Positions 39,632 through 47,231 of a stretch of DNA of 50,647 nucleotides are shown one piece after another; position 1 is the stretch's first letter, and each line of letters begins with the position of its first letter. The position numbers and the translations under genes are program-made. The stretch is from Candidatus Paceibacter sp. (GTDB lineage: Bacteria > Patescibacteriota > Minisyncoccia > UBA9983). The stretch is from NCBI GenBank assembly GCA_013360865.1, contig JABWAS010000001.1:1-50647 (forward strand), in the 5' to 3' direction. The notes beneath the pieces were generated by a model. The model saw only the letters and a list, made by a program, of their open reading frames with translations, did not search any database and was not told the origin of the DNA.

Positions 39632-40732
39632 ATGAAATTCACTTGTTCTAAAAATGAATTAAAAGAAGCGGTCCAGATTTGCGAGAAAAACACGGGTAAA
39701 AATTTAAACCTGGTTGTTTTAAGCAACATCCTTCTTGATTGCGCCGACAAAATTTTAAAACTGACAGCCACTAATCTTGAAACCGCCGTAGAAGTGGAAA
39801 TTCCAACAAAAACAGAAAAAGAAGGTAAAATAACTATCCCAGGCTCGGTTTTAAGCGGTTTTTTATCCAACAACTCCGTAAATGAAGAAATTACTTTGGA
39901 ATCGCAAAATAACAACCTTATTATTTCCACATCTAATACATCTATAACCATCAAAGGACAGCCGGCCGATGATTTCCCCACATTACCAATAATCAAGTCG
40001 GAAGATGAGTCGGTGATTAATTGCGCTGATTTTGTTTCCGGTTTGAAGTCGGTCTGGTATTCCTGTTCCAACTCAATTATTAAACCGGAAATAGCCTCGG
40101 TTTTAATTCAATCCAATAAATCGGCGAGTTTAATATTCGCGGCCACCGACTCGTTCCGGTTGGCGGAAAAAAGATTTGATTATAATCTAAACAACTTTGG
40201 GAAGGTTTTACTGCCGTTTAAATCAGTCGCTGAAATACTAAGGATTTTTGACGGTGTCTTTGATAAATTAAAAATAAAAACAAATAAAAACCAAATAAAC
40301 ATAGAGTCGGATAATATTAAATTCATTTCACGTTTGATTGATGGTGTTTTTCCTGATTACCAACAGATTTTACCTAAAAAATTTACCGCCGACGTAGTGG
40401 TGAAAAATAATGATTTTACCAACGCTCTGAAATCAACCGCCATGTTTTCCGGAAAGTTGAATGAGTTAGTTTTCTCTTTAAATCCGGAGGAAAATTTTAT
40501 TGTTTTAAAAACAGCCAATAATGAAATAGGCGACTGTGTGGTTAAAATACCGGCTAAAATTACCGGCGAAAAAATAAAAATAACTTTTAACCATAGATAC
40601 ATCCAGGACTGTCTTCAGGCTGTAAACAACAACGATATTTTACTGCGTTTTTGCGGCGAAATGAAGCCATTGCTGATCACTAGTTTAAACAACAACACTT
40701 TCCAATATTTAGTGATGCCAATGAGTATTTAG
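39632..40732 (+). CDS. dnaN: DNA polymerase III beta sliding clamp
   Basis: 366 aa with three-domain clamp architecture. Typical MKFTCSKNEL...ATDSFRLA motifs. Confidence 0.95.
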   Translation: MKFTCSKNELKEAVQICEKNTGKNLNLVVLSNILLDCADKILKLTATNLETAVEVEIPTKTEKEGKITIPGSVLSGFLSNNSVNEEITLESQNNNLIISTSNTSITIKGQPADDFPTLPIIKSEDESVINCADFVSGLKSVWYSCSNSIIKPEIASVLIQSNKSASLIFAATDSFRLAEKRFDYNLNNFGKVLLPFKSVAEILRIFDGVFDKLKIKTNKNQINIESDNIKFISRLIDGVFPDYQQILPKKFTADVVVKNNDFTNALKSTAMFSGKLNELVFSLNPEENFIVLKTANNEIGDCVVKIPAKITGEKIKITFNHRYIQDCLQAVNNNDILLRFCGEMKPLLITSLNNNTFQYLVMPMSI

Positions 40733-40767
40733 TTAAAAGTTTATAAAGTTCATAAATTTATTGAATT

Positions 40768-40807
40768 CTACTTTATAAACTTTCTACTTTATAAACTTTA
40801 TAAACTT
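40768..40807 (+). repeat. tandem 16-mer CTACTTTATAAACTTT x2 plus a partial unit, ending 3 nt before an ATG
   Basis: Units at 40768-40783 and 40784-40799, then ATAAACTT. A related tandem lies at 44583-44614. Confidence 0.8.
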
Positions 40808-40810
40808 AAC

Positions 40811-41071
40811 ATGAACTCGATTTCAAATTATTTAAATAAATTTTTCCAAATTAAACCGCCGGAGGATTATTATAAAAGAAAAATTATTGATTTTTTAAAT
40901 AAAAGCTTGGATATCAACCTTAAAGAAAACGAAATAAACGTTAATTTCGGGGTTGTGTGGATAAAGATACAAAACAATTTATTAAAAAATGAGATTTTTT
41001 TAAGAAAACAAGAGATTCTTAATGAGCTTTCCAAGAGAACCGAATTTGTTATCAAAGATATAAGATTTTAA
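40811..41071 (+). CDS. small protein, possibly DUF721/DciA-like
   Basis: 86 aa immediately after dnaN. ...VNFGVVWIKIQNNLLKNEIFLRKQEILNEL... resembles the DUF721 core. The assignment is weak. Confidence 0.45.
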   Translation: MNSISNYLNKFFQIKPPEDYYKRKIIDFLNKSLDINLKENEINVNFGVVWIKIQNNLLKNEIFLRKQEILNELSKRTEFVIKDIRF

Positions 41072-41073
41072 AT

Positions 41074-41120
41074 AAAACTGACCTACCAAGTTGGCAATCT
41101 AAACCTGATAGGTCAGTTTT
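41074..41120. terminator. bidirectional terminator hairpin (conserved-loop family, copy 2)
   Basis: AAAACTGACCTACCAAGTT-GGCAATCTAA-AACCTGATAGGTCAGTTTT. The 10-nt loop is identical to that at 35202-35248. Confidence 0.7.
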
Positions 41121-41133
41121 ATTAATTATATGG

Positions 41134-43674
41134 TTATTTTACCATAAAAGGCACCACTACCTCCGTTTTATTTCTTACCTGATCGTAGGCTATTATTTTC
41201 AACTCCGCTTTTTCTTGCGTGATATTATAATCCGCCGGTTTAAAAGAGAAGCCGAACGGGTTTATTTTTGACGTTCCGATATAACTTCCATTAAAAAAGA
41301 AATCAATCTGCCCTAACCCAAATTTACTCTTCTGGGTTATTTTGATGTTTATCACCTCTTCTTTGTTGTAGGTATTGTCTTTAATTGGGTAATCCATAGT
41401 TATTTTAGGCTGGTATTCCGGTTTGTGGATATCGTCTTTTTCTTTCGGTATGTCGTCCATTGTCTGGTCTTTGATATTGTTTTCCGTCGCCCATTTCCGG
41501 ACCGGTATTTCCCAAAGTTGGAATTGGGGGTCTTGTTCCGGTTTTTCCGGTTTGGCGCCTTTGGGGTTATCTTTATTCAACCAATATAATATGGAATGGA
41601 CTTCCGTCAGGGTTTTTTCTTCAATCAACTCCGGCGGGGTGTGTTCTGTGGCCAGTTTTTGGGATATTTTATCAATCAGGTATTTTTGCTCCCCGCGCCA
41701 TTCGCCGTTTAGCGCCGGTTTTGATGTTTTTGTTTTGGTTGGTTTTTCAAAATTTTCTTTCGGGAGTGTTTTAAAAACTTCGTTTAAAAACTCGTTCCAC
41801 ATCGGCGCCACAATCAGTCCGGCCACCTTTTTTTCCATTGAAGAGTTGTCATTGTTTCCGAACCACGCTCCAACGGTGAGGTTGGGGGTGTAGCCGACGA
41901 CCCAAGCGTCGCGGTAGTCGTTGGTGGTGCCAGTTTTGGCGGCCACCTGCCGGCCGGGGAAATAAAGAGGGGAGTTTTCTCCGAACGCCGGCGTCCGGGC
42001 TTTATTGTCGGAAAGGATGTCGGTTATTGTCAAAGCGACGTTTTTATCCAAAACCTGCCGCGACTGGTCTTTGAACTCCTCAACAACTTTTCCGTTCTTG
42101 TCTTCTATTTTTAAAATACCAATAGGTGGGTTTCTTACCCCGTTATTGGCGAAAACAGAATAGGCGCCGGTAAGCTCAAACAAACTTACCTCGCCGCCGC
42201 CCAGAACCAAAGTCAATCCGTACCGGTTCGGGTCGTTTAAGGAGCTGATACCCATGTCTTTTATGGTGTTGAGGGAATTTTGGATTCCGGCCAGGTATAA
42301 AGTTTTAACGGAGGGAATGTTTAGAGATTGGGCCAAAGCGCTTCTTAAGTTGATTGGGCCGCGGAATTTGTTGTCGTAGTTTTCCGGCATATAACACTCG
42401 TCTTTGCCGCCGCTGGAGCTTTGCGCGGTTATAACGGTGCCCGTGGCGTATTTATGCAGACAGGAAGGGTTAAATTCGGTCTGGAGGTCAAACAAGGTTG
42501 TTTCCGGGGTGTAGCCTTTTTTGAAAGCGGCGGCGTAGACAAATGGCTTTATGGCGGATCCGGGCTGGCGGTAAGCCAGAGACACGTTGAAGTTTCCCTG
42601 GTCTTCTTTATTGAAATAATCTTTGGAGCCGACCATCACTAAAATTTGGCCTGTTTTCGGGTCCAGGGCGACGATGCTAGTGTTGGAAGCGTTGAACTTC
42701 TCCTTGTTTTCTTTGGCGTATCTGGCCGCCAATTCTTCCGCTTTCTGCTGTAAAGCGTAATCAAGCGTGGTGGTGACTTTCAAACCGCCCTGCTCAATAA
42801 CGTCCTGGCCGTATTTTTCTTCCAGATAAGCCCTGATAAAGACGGAAAAATGGGCGGCTTTGATTGAATTTTGGCCTTTGTTTACAAAAACAACTTTTTC
42901 TTCTTTCGCTATTTCCGCTTCTTCGGAAGTGATAAAACCAAGCGAGGTCATTTTACCTAAAACGAAATTTTTCCGGGTTTCCAGTTCTTCTTTATGGTTT
43001 CCGTAAGGGGAGTAGTAGGTCGGGGCTTTGGGTAAGCTGGCCAAGTAAGCGGCTTCTGCCAGGTTTATGTCGGCGGCGCTCTTGCCGAAAAATATTTTGC
43101 TGGCCGATTCTATGCCGTAACTGCTGCCGCCGTAAGGTATCTCGTTCAAGTAGCGTTCCAAAATTTGTTCTTTGGAAAGCACCTTTTCTATTTTCATTGT
43201 AAGAATTATTTCCTTAATTTTTCGGGAAAATGTCTTATCTTTGGTTAAAAGGGTGTTTTTAACCAATTGTTGTGTGATAGTGGAGCCGCCCTGTTTTAAT
43301 TTTCCCGATTTTAGGTCAACCAATACCGACCGCATAATACCTAGAAAATCAACTCCTTTATGTTGGTAGAAAGAAGAGTCCTCAATGGCGATGGTGGCGT
43401 TTTTTACGTGGCGGGAAATGTTTTCAATTGGAATGACGGTGCGTTGGATATCTTCATGAATGTCCCAAAGGACGATTTTGCCCGTGCGGTCGTATATTTT
43501 GGTGGATTGGGCCACTTTAACCTCACCCAAAGATTCAATGTCCGGGATTTTTAGGGTAGCGACCCAGTAAACCACCGCTAGGGAGGATAAAACAGCCAGC
43601 ATCATGGCCGCCGCCGCGAACCATAGTAAAATACGGATTATCCGCTTTTTAACGCCTTTTTTAAACTTTCTCAT
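41134..43674 (-). CDS. bifunctional penicillin-binding protein 1A (glycosyltransferase + transpeptidase) with ~150-aa C-terminal extension
   Basis: GT51 motifs EDSSFYQHKGVD and GGSTITQQL. Transpeptidase motifs SAIKP (SxxK) and KTGTTND. The ATG at 43674 is preferred because the ATG at 43713 lies inside a terminator hairpin. Confidence 0.9.
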   Translation of the reverse strand: MRKFKKGVKKRIIRILLWFAAAAMMLAVLSSLAVVYWVATLKIPDIESLGEVKVAQSTKIYDRTGKIVLWDIHEDIQRTVIPIENISRHVKNATIAIEDSSFYQHKGVDFLGIMRSVLVDLKSGKLKQGGSTITQQLVKNTLLTKDKTFSRKIKEIILTMKIEKVLSKEQILERYLNEIPYGGSSYGIESASKIFFGKSAADINLAEAAYLASLPKAPTYYSPYGNHKEELETRKNFVLGKMTSLGFITSEEAEIAKEEKVVFVNKGQNSIKAAHFSVFIRAYLEEKYGQDVIEQGGLKVTTTLDYALQQKAEELAARYAKENKEKFNASNTSIVALDPKTGQILVMVGSKDYFNKEDQGNFNVSLAYRQPGSAIKPFVYAAAFKKGYTPETTLFDLQTEFNPSCLHKYATGTVITAQSSSGGKDECYMPENYDNKFRGPINLRSALAQSLNIPSVKTLYLAGIQNSLNTIKDMGISSLNDPNRYGLTLVLGGGEVSLFELTGAYSVFANNGVRNPPIGILKIEDKNGKVVEEFKDQSRQVLDKNVALTITDILSDNKARTPAFGENSPLYFPGRQVAAKTGTTNDYRDAWVVGYTPNLTVGAWFGNNDNSSMEKKVAGLIVAPMWNEFLNEVFKTLPKENFEKPTKTKTSKPALNGEWRGEQKYLIDKISQKLATEHTPPELIEEKTLTEVHSILYWLNKDNPKGAKPEKPEQDPQFQLWEIPVRKWATENNIKDQTMDDIPKEKDDIHKPEYQPKITMDYPIKDNTYNKEEVINIKITQKSKFGLGQIDFFFNGSYIGTSKINPFGFSFKPADYNITQEKAELKIIAYDQVRNKTEVVVPFMVK

Positions 43675-43709
43675 TGTTTTGATTATAGCCGATATGGTAG
43701 AAATAAAAA

Positions 43710-43732
43710 CCATCCCGCTTTAAGCGGGATGG
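43710..43732 (-). terminator. intrinsic terminator upstream of PBP1A
   Basis: CCATCCCGC-TTTAA-GCGGGATGG. On the minus strand it is followed by TTTTTATTT. Confidence 0.6.
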
Positions 43733-43825
43733 TTTTTAAAATCATATCTGGAGCGTTTTACCCCCACACATGTAAACGCAAAATCATCGGCTCACGCTTT
43801 ACTATACCTAAACAGGTGCGGGGGT

Positions 43826-44002
43826 TTATTCTTCGTCAAACATGCTGCCGTAAATCTCGTCTTCTTCGTCGCTGTCGTCGCTCCAGTCTTCATCGTCGGC
43901 TCCATGGAAGGTTCCTCTCATGTCTTCCTCCTCATCTTCCGTGTCGCCGCTGTTGTTGATTTTCGCCGCGGCAAAAAGCGGCAAATCAATATTTAAATCC
44001 AT
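43826..44002 (-). CDS. possible 58-aa highly acidic protein
   Basis: Hand-translated as MDLNIDLPLFAAAKINNSGDTEDEEEDMRGTFHGADDEDWSDDSDEEDEIYGSMFDEE. Below the track cut-off. A terminator follows it. Confidence 0.4.
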   Translation of the reverse strand: MDLNIDLPLFAAAKINNSGDTEDEEEDMRGTFHGADDEDWSDDSDEEDEIYGSMFDEE

Positions 44003-44099
44003 TATTTTTTAAATATTTTTTAAAAACGACCAATAATTGATTATTTTTAGCAAGAATAAAAAAAATGTAAAGTAATTTGCGCCGGAGCTGTGGATAATT

Positions 44100-44582
44100 T
44101 TATTTATCTGCTTGAATTTGGCGAGGCGAAGCTGCCAAAGCTATAGCTATGGCATCCATTTCATCGTCATACTTGGCCGGTTTCTCCAGTTTTAAAATTG
44201 CCGCGATCATCTTCCGCACTTGTTCCTTTTCCGCCCTTCCGTAGCCGGTTAGAGCCATTTTTACTTCCAAAGGGGTTAGTTCCATGACACGCAGATTATT
44301 TTCCGCCGCCGCGCACAGCGCGACGCCGCGGGCTTCCGCCACTTTAATGGCCGTTTTTTGGTTTCCGGCGAAAAAGAGGCTTTCAATCGCCATAACTTTT
44401 GGCCTGAATTCGGAAATTGTTTTGTTTAAATTTTGGCGGATATGCAAAAGGCGTTTTTCGTGCGGGTCGCTTCTTTTGGTTACAATGCAACAGGAATAGA
44501 CGAGCTTCTCTTTTGGGCCGCTTTTGTCCAAAACGGCGAAACCCATCCGTTCAAATCCGGGATCAATGCCGAGGATTAACAT
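44100..44582 (-). CDS. ruvC: crossover junction endodeoxyribonuclease RuvC
   Basis: MLILGIDPG...catalytic acidic residues. 160 aa. The motif DDEMDAIAIAL is present. Confidence 0.9.
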   Translation of the reverse strand: MLILGIDPGFERMGFAVLDKSGPKEKLVYSCCIVTKRSDPHEKRLLHIRQNLNKTISEFRPKVMAIESLFFAGNQKTAIKVAEARGVALCAAAENNLRVMELTPLEVKMALTGYGRAEKEQVRKMIAAILKLEKPAKYDDEMDAIAIALAASPRQIQADK

Positions 44583-44614
44583 AAAGTTTATAAAGTTGAA
44601 AGTTTATAAAGTTG
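44583..44614 (-). repeat. tandem 16-mer CAACTTTATAAACTTT x2 (minus-strand reading) abutting the ruvC ATG
   Basis: Plus-strand AAAGTTTATAAAGTTG x2 at 44583-44614. A further GAACTTTATAAACTTTATGAACTTTT lies at 44644-44669. Confidence 0.8.
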
Positions 44615-44657
44615 AAAGTTTTGATTTTAGATTTTAACTTTACGAACTTTATAAACT

Positions 44658-45200
44658 TTATGAACTTTTCACTGAATTTGTAAAAATTTCCTGCACATCT
44701 TCGCTTTCTTCCAGCGCTTCAATAAGTTTCTCCAGCGCCTCTTTGTCGGCGGAGGAGAGTTCCACGGTTATTTTGGCGGACGGTTTTTCTCCGCTTAACT
44801 CAAAAGCCCACAAAACCGAACCCTGCTCGGCGAACTTGCCGCCTTTTTCATTAAGGATATGTTTTATTTCCGCCACGGCGCGGTTTTTGCTGTCGGTGAT
44901 AACGTCTATGATCATAGCCACGCCGCCCGGGCCGTAGGCTTCGTAACGGGCGCTTTCCAGCTGGGCTTCGCCGCTTTTGCCGGAATCTTTGGCGATGGCG
45001 CGTTCTATGTTTTCCTTGGGCATGTTTTCGGAGCGGGCTTTGTCTATGGCGGCGCGCAGCTCGAAGTTGGTGCCCGGGTCGTCGCCTTTGCGGGCGGCCA
45101 AAGCGATTATTTTGGCGTAGCGGGAAAAAACCTTGCTCCTCTTGGCGTCAACCACCGCCTTCTGCCTCTTTATTTGAGTCCATTTATTATGCCCGGCCAT
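44658..45200 (-). CDS. yebC: YebC/PmpR-family protein (short, 180 aa)
   Basis: MAGHNKWTQIKRQKAVVDAKRSKVFSRYAK... is the canonical YebC N-terminus. The ATG at 45200 is preferred over the long track ORF. Confidence 0.85.
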   Translation of the reverse strand: MAGHNKWTQIKRQKAVVDAKRSKVFSRYAKIIALAARKGDDPGTNFELRAAIDKARSENMPKENIERAIAKDSGKSGEAQLESARYEAYGPGGVAMIIDVITDSKNRAVAEIKHILNEKGGKFAEQGSVLWAFELSGEKPSAKITVELSSADKEALEKLIEALEESEDVQEIFTNSVKSS

Positions 45201-45206
45201 AAAGTA

Positions 45207-45235
45207 AGAATAAAGAATTAGGAACCAAGAATCAA
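45207..45235 (-). promoter_or_regulatory. candidate yebC promoter TTGATT-N17-TATTCT, 6 nt from the ATG
   Basis: On the minus strand, TTGATT is at 45235-45230 and TATTCT at 45212-45207, with the ATG at 45200. Same hexamers and geometry as the tig promoter. Confidence 0.55.
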
Positions 45236-45277
45236 GAGATTTTCTCTCCGTGGATTTTGTGTACACGGTTAACACAA

Positions 45278-45622
45278 TTACGCCACAATGATGGCCTTTA
45301 TTACTTCTTTCAGTTTTGGCAAATCGTCCTGGCAAGTATCCCAAACGATTTTCGTGTTTACGCCGAAGTATTCATGAATCAAGACATTGCGCATGTCCGA
45401 CATGTCGCGAAAGGGAATTTCGGGGTGCTTCTTCTTAAAATCATCACTTAAATTATTGGCCGCCTCGCCGATAATTTCCAGTTCACGCACCACGGCATCA
45501 ATAGTCTTTTTGTCTTTCAATAGAGATTCATAGTCAAGACCGCGCAAATACTCGTTAATACTTTCGATCGCTTCCAGAATGTGCTGAAGATAAACATTAT
45601 CTCTATTTTCCTCCATAGACAA
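45278..45622 (-). CDS. HEPN-domain (DUF86) toxin
   Basis: R-x4-H motif in RNVLIHEY. 114 aa. Overlaps the upstream MNT gene by 20 nt. Confidence 0.8.
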   Translation of the reverse strand: MSMEENRDNVYLQHILEAIESINEYLRGLDYESLLKDKKTIDAVVRELEIIGEAANNLSDDFKKKHPEIPFRDMSDMRNVLIHEYFGVNTKIVWDTCQDDLPKLKEVIKAIIVA

Positions 45623-45911
45623 GTTCGGATTCCTTGATAACTTTCTCTTTAAAAAATTTACTAAGAGCCTCCGGCGTCAAAAGGTCAACTTTTTTCCCGA
45701 CGAAATCGCTCAAACGTCTTTGCAAACGGACGAATTCAAAAAATCCAATTTTGGCAGTTGGCTTAAACTCAACAAGAATATCCACATCGCTGTCGTTTCT
45801 TGCCTTGTTGTTTAAAAAAGAGCCGAATAAAGACGCCTTTTCAATATCGTTTTTGGCGGGGTCGCTTGATATAGCTTCCGCTATTTTCTTTTTTATTTCT
45901 TCCTTTTGCAT
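45603..45911 (-). CDS. minimal nucleotidyltransferase (MNT) antitoxin
   Basis: GSFLNNKARNDSDVDILV (GS-x10-DxD). The ATG at 45911 is preferred over the TTG at 45947. Confidence 0.8.
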   Translation of the reverse strand: MQKEEIKKKIAEAISSDPAKNDIEKASLFGSFLNNKARNDSDVDILVEFKPTAKIGFFEFVRLQRRLSDFVGKKVDLLTPEALSKFFKEKVIKESELVYGGK

Positions 45912-45957
45912 TATTTGAATGATAGCAAAACGGCACAGCCAAAACAAGCCAAATAAA

Positions 45958-46992
45958 TTACAGCAGGTTTTTTTGAATCTGGGTCAGGCCGAGGTGTTTG
46001 TAGGCGTTTTCGGTGGCGACGCGGCCGCGGGGAGTGCGCTCCAGAAAGCCGAGCTGGAGAAGGTACGGTTCGTACACTTCCTCAATAGTGGCCTCGTCCT
46101 CGGAAGTGGCGGCGGCGATGGTTTGCAGGCCGACGGGGCCGCCTTTGAACTTTTCTATTAAAACGCTTAATATCCGGCGGTCGTTGTTATTGAGCCCTAA
46201 TTCATCTATCTCCATCATGTCCAGAGCCTGTTTGGCCGAAACGGCGTCAATTTCGTTTTTGTTGTGTATCTGGGCGTAGTCGCGGCAGCGTTTTAGAAAA
46301 TGATTGGCCAAGCGGGGTGTCTGGCGGCTTCTTTTGGCAATTTCTTCAGCGGCGTCCGGAGAAATGACAACGCCCAATATGCCGGCGGAGCGGGTGATTA
46401 TTTTTTGCACCTCTCTGGGGGTATAAAATTCTAGCCGGAAGGTTCCGCCGGAAAAACGAGAACGGAGAGGGGAGGAGAGCAGGGCGATTCTGGTAGTGGC
46501 CGCCACCAGCGTAAACGGAGGCAGTTCTAGCTGGATGCTTCTGGCCGAAGGGCCTTTGCCTATAATGATGTCCAGCGAGCGGGATTCCATGGCCGGGTAT
46601 AAAATTTCTTCCACTGTTTTGTTGAGCCGGTGGATTTCGTCTATAAAAAGAATGTCGCCCGCGGATAGGTTGGTAAGTATGGAAGCCAGGTCGCCCACGC
46701 GCTCAATGGCCGGCCCGGAAGTGATTTTTATCTGGGCGCCCAGTTCTTTGGCTATCAAATGGGCCAAGGTAGTTTTGCCCAGACCCGCCGGGCCGTAAAA
46801 AAGGAGGTGCTCAATGTTTTCCTGGCGTTCCGAAGCGGCCTTGATGAGTATGTGCAGGTTCTTTTTTATCAGCTCCTGGCCGATATATTCGGCCCATTTT
46901 TGGGGTCGCAACGTCTGATCCAGCGCTTTGTCCAAAAAAGCGCTGGCCTTGCCATTTTTTAAATTATCGGCGTTTTGGCTTGACATTTGCAT
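45958..46992 (-). CDS. ruvB: Holliday junction branch migration ATPase RuvB
   Basis: Walker [10 protein letters not shown], Walker B FIDEIHR and a C-terminal winged helix. 344 aa. Confidence 0.95.
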   Translation of the reverse strand: MQMSSQNADNLKNGKASAFLDKALDQTLRPQKWAEYIGQELIKKNLHILIKAASERQENIEHLLFYGPAGLGKTTLAHLIAKELGAQIKITSGPAIERVGDLASILTNLSAGDILFIDEIHRLNKTVEEILYPAMESRSLDIIIGKGPSARSIQLELPPFTLVAATTRIALLSSPLRSRFSGGTFRLEFYTPREVQKIITRSAGILGVVISPDAAEEIAKRSRQTPRLANHFLKRCRDYAQIHNKNEIDAVSAKQALDMMEIDELGLNNNDRRILSVLIEKFKGGPVGLQTIAAATSEDEATIEEVYEPYLLQLGFLERTPRGRVATENAYKHLGLTQIQKNLL

Positions 46993-47046
46993 TATTATCT
47001 GCTATGGTGGTGATGAAATTGAAAAAACACAGGCTTCTACGAAACT

Positions 47047-47231
47047 AATCCGCCTCGTAAAGCTCTAAGCAACGTTCCGCCTTCGGCGGAATACCAGAAT
47101 ACCTTTAAAGGACGTTTTGGTGCTCCGACTTGTCGGAGATTTCTGGAACCATCCTTAAAAGATATTCTAAACTTTTGGTACCCATATTAAAAGTGTTGCT
47201 TAGAGATTTACGGGGCGGATTTTTTGTTTTT
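47047..47231 (+). ncRNA. candidate structured ncRNA of unknown class (~185 nt)
   Basis: A 27-position closing helix (47047-47073 with 47195-47222) has one mismatch and one T-G pair that is a valid wobble only in plus-strand RNA. Inner hairpins are TTCCGCC-TTCG-GGCGGAA (47075-47092; approximate bounds) and CTCCGAC-TT-GTCGGAG (47123-47138). CCAGAA/TTCTGG can also pair. The 3' arm is followed directly by TTTTTTGTTTTT. Confidence 0.4.

Noticed and set aside
40735-40810. Short tandem repeats considered as a possible CRISPR array (also 44583-44669, 30540-30660, 7940-8060)
   Set aside because: The units are 11-16 bp, directly abutting or only loosely spaced, with no 25-40-bp spacers and no cas genes. 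They are AT-rich stutter repeats, not CRISPR.
47047-47231. Interpreting the structured region as a riboswitch leader of ruvB, or merely as the pilB terminator
   Set aside because: On the minus strand the helix would contain an A-C mismatch instead of a G-U pair, and the U-tract does not follow the stem. No riboswitch consensus that I know fits. A simple terminator would not enclose about 120 nt of further structure. It is kept as an ncRNA candidate instead.
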